Below, one piece after another: positions 63,661 to 64,000 of a stretch of DNA of 64,000 nucleotides. A program made the translations under genes and the position numbers. A model generated the notes under the pieces. That model worked only from the letters and a program-made list of their open reading frames with translations, was not told the origin of the DNA and ran no database searches. The first letter of the stretch is position 1; every line of letters starts with the position of its first letter. The DNA comes from Paragordius varius (taxonomy: Eukaryota > Animalia > Nematomorpha): NCBI GenBank assembly GCA_964247055.1, contig OZ176056.1, forward strand, positions 8,556,001 to 8,620,000, read 5' to 3'.

Positions 63661-64000
63661 ACACAAATCAAATTAAATACCCAAATAGTTAGAATTGAAA
63701 AGTCAAAGGTTAAATATATTGTTCTGCTTTCGAAAAATATTTTATGTTATAGTTTTAGGTTTTGTCATGTATATTTTCAATCTTTACAGTAAATAGGGTT
63801 AGAAATATAGAGATAAAAATTCCTTTGTGTACAATATATTAGGAGGATTAACAAAATTAAAAAATACACACTCCCAGAAATCGAGATCGAATACATATTG
63901 CCAAACGTGTGTTGAATATATAACCGAATTAAAAAATTATGCCAATACTACTCTAATGGTTTTTTTAGGATGCCTTAACCCATAGCAATCTTCAAAATAA

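Larger units (their letters stand above)
51006..64000 (+). repeat. Composite macro-repeat unit 3 (partial, cut by window end)
   Basis: Colinear with unit 1 positions 1 to ~12127. Confidence 0.95.

Noticed and set aside
1-64000. rDNA, 5S, histone or snRNA tandem cluster
   Set aside because: The size and spacer layout are suggestive, but I found no conserved 18S, 5.8S, 28S, 5S, U2, U6, spliced-leader or histone motif on either strand.

Overview
Very AT-rich eukaryotic nuclear DNA. I recognised no rRNA, tRNA, snRNA, CRISPR or prokaryotic gene. The window holds about 2.6 head-to-tail copies of one large composite repeat: unit 1 at 1-20112, unit 2 at 20113-51005 and a partial unit 3 at 51006-64000. 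These boundaries are set by the window start, not by biology. Each unit carries the same order of parts: a 15-17 bp minisatellite between ~100 bp direct repeats, a 32 bp satellite array (3.7, 16.4 and 3.9 kb, with nested higher-order periods in unit 2), then ~12-14 kb of mixed sequence. That part contains MITE-like inverted repeats, a 5'-truncated NeSL/R5/Utopia-type retrotransposon, a dead MCM2 exon, other gene fragments with apparent 26-37 nt introns, an LRR gene whose long ORF is present only in unit 1, and a decayed GC-rich coding island. The most striking unexplained element is a ~120 bp module with a telomere-like G-quadruplex motif followed by two abutting GC hairpins. It occurs in both orientations in units 1 and 2, stays conserved inside a diverged patch, and its end matches a rearrangement breakpoint in unit 3. 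All alignments, translations and period counts were done by eye; the host is not identified.
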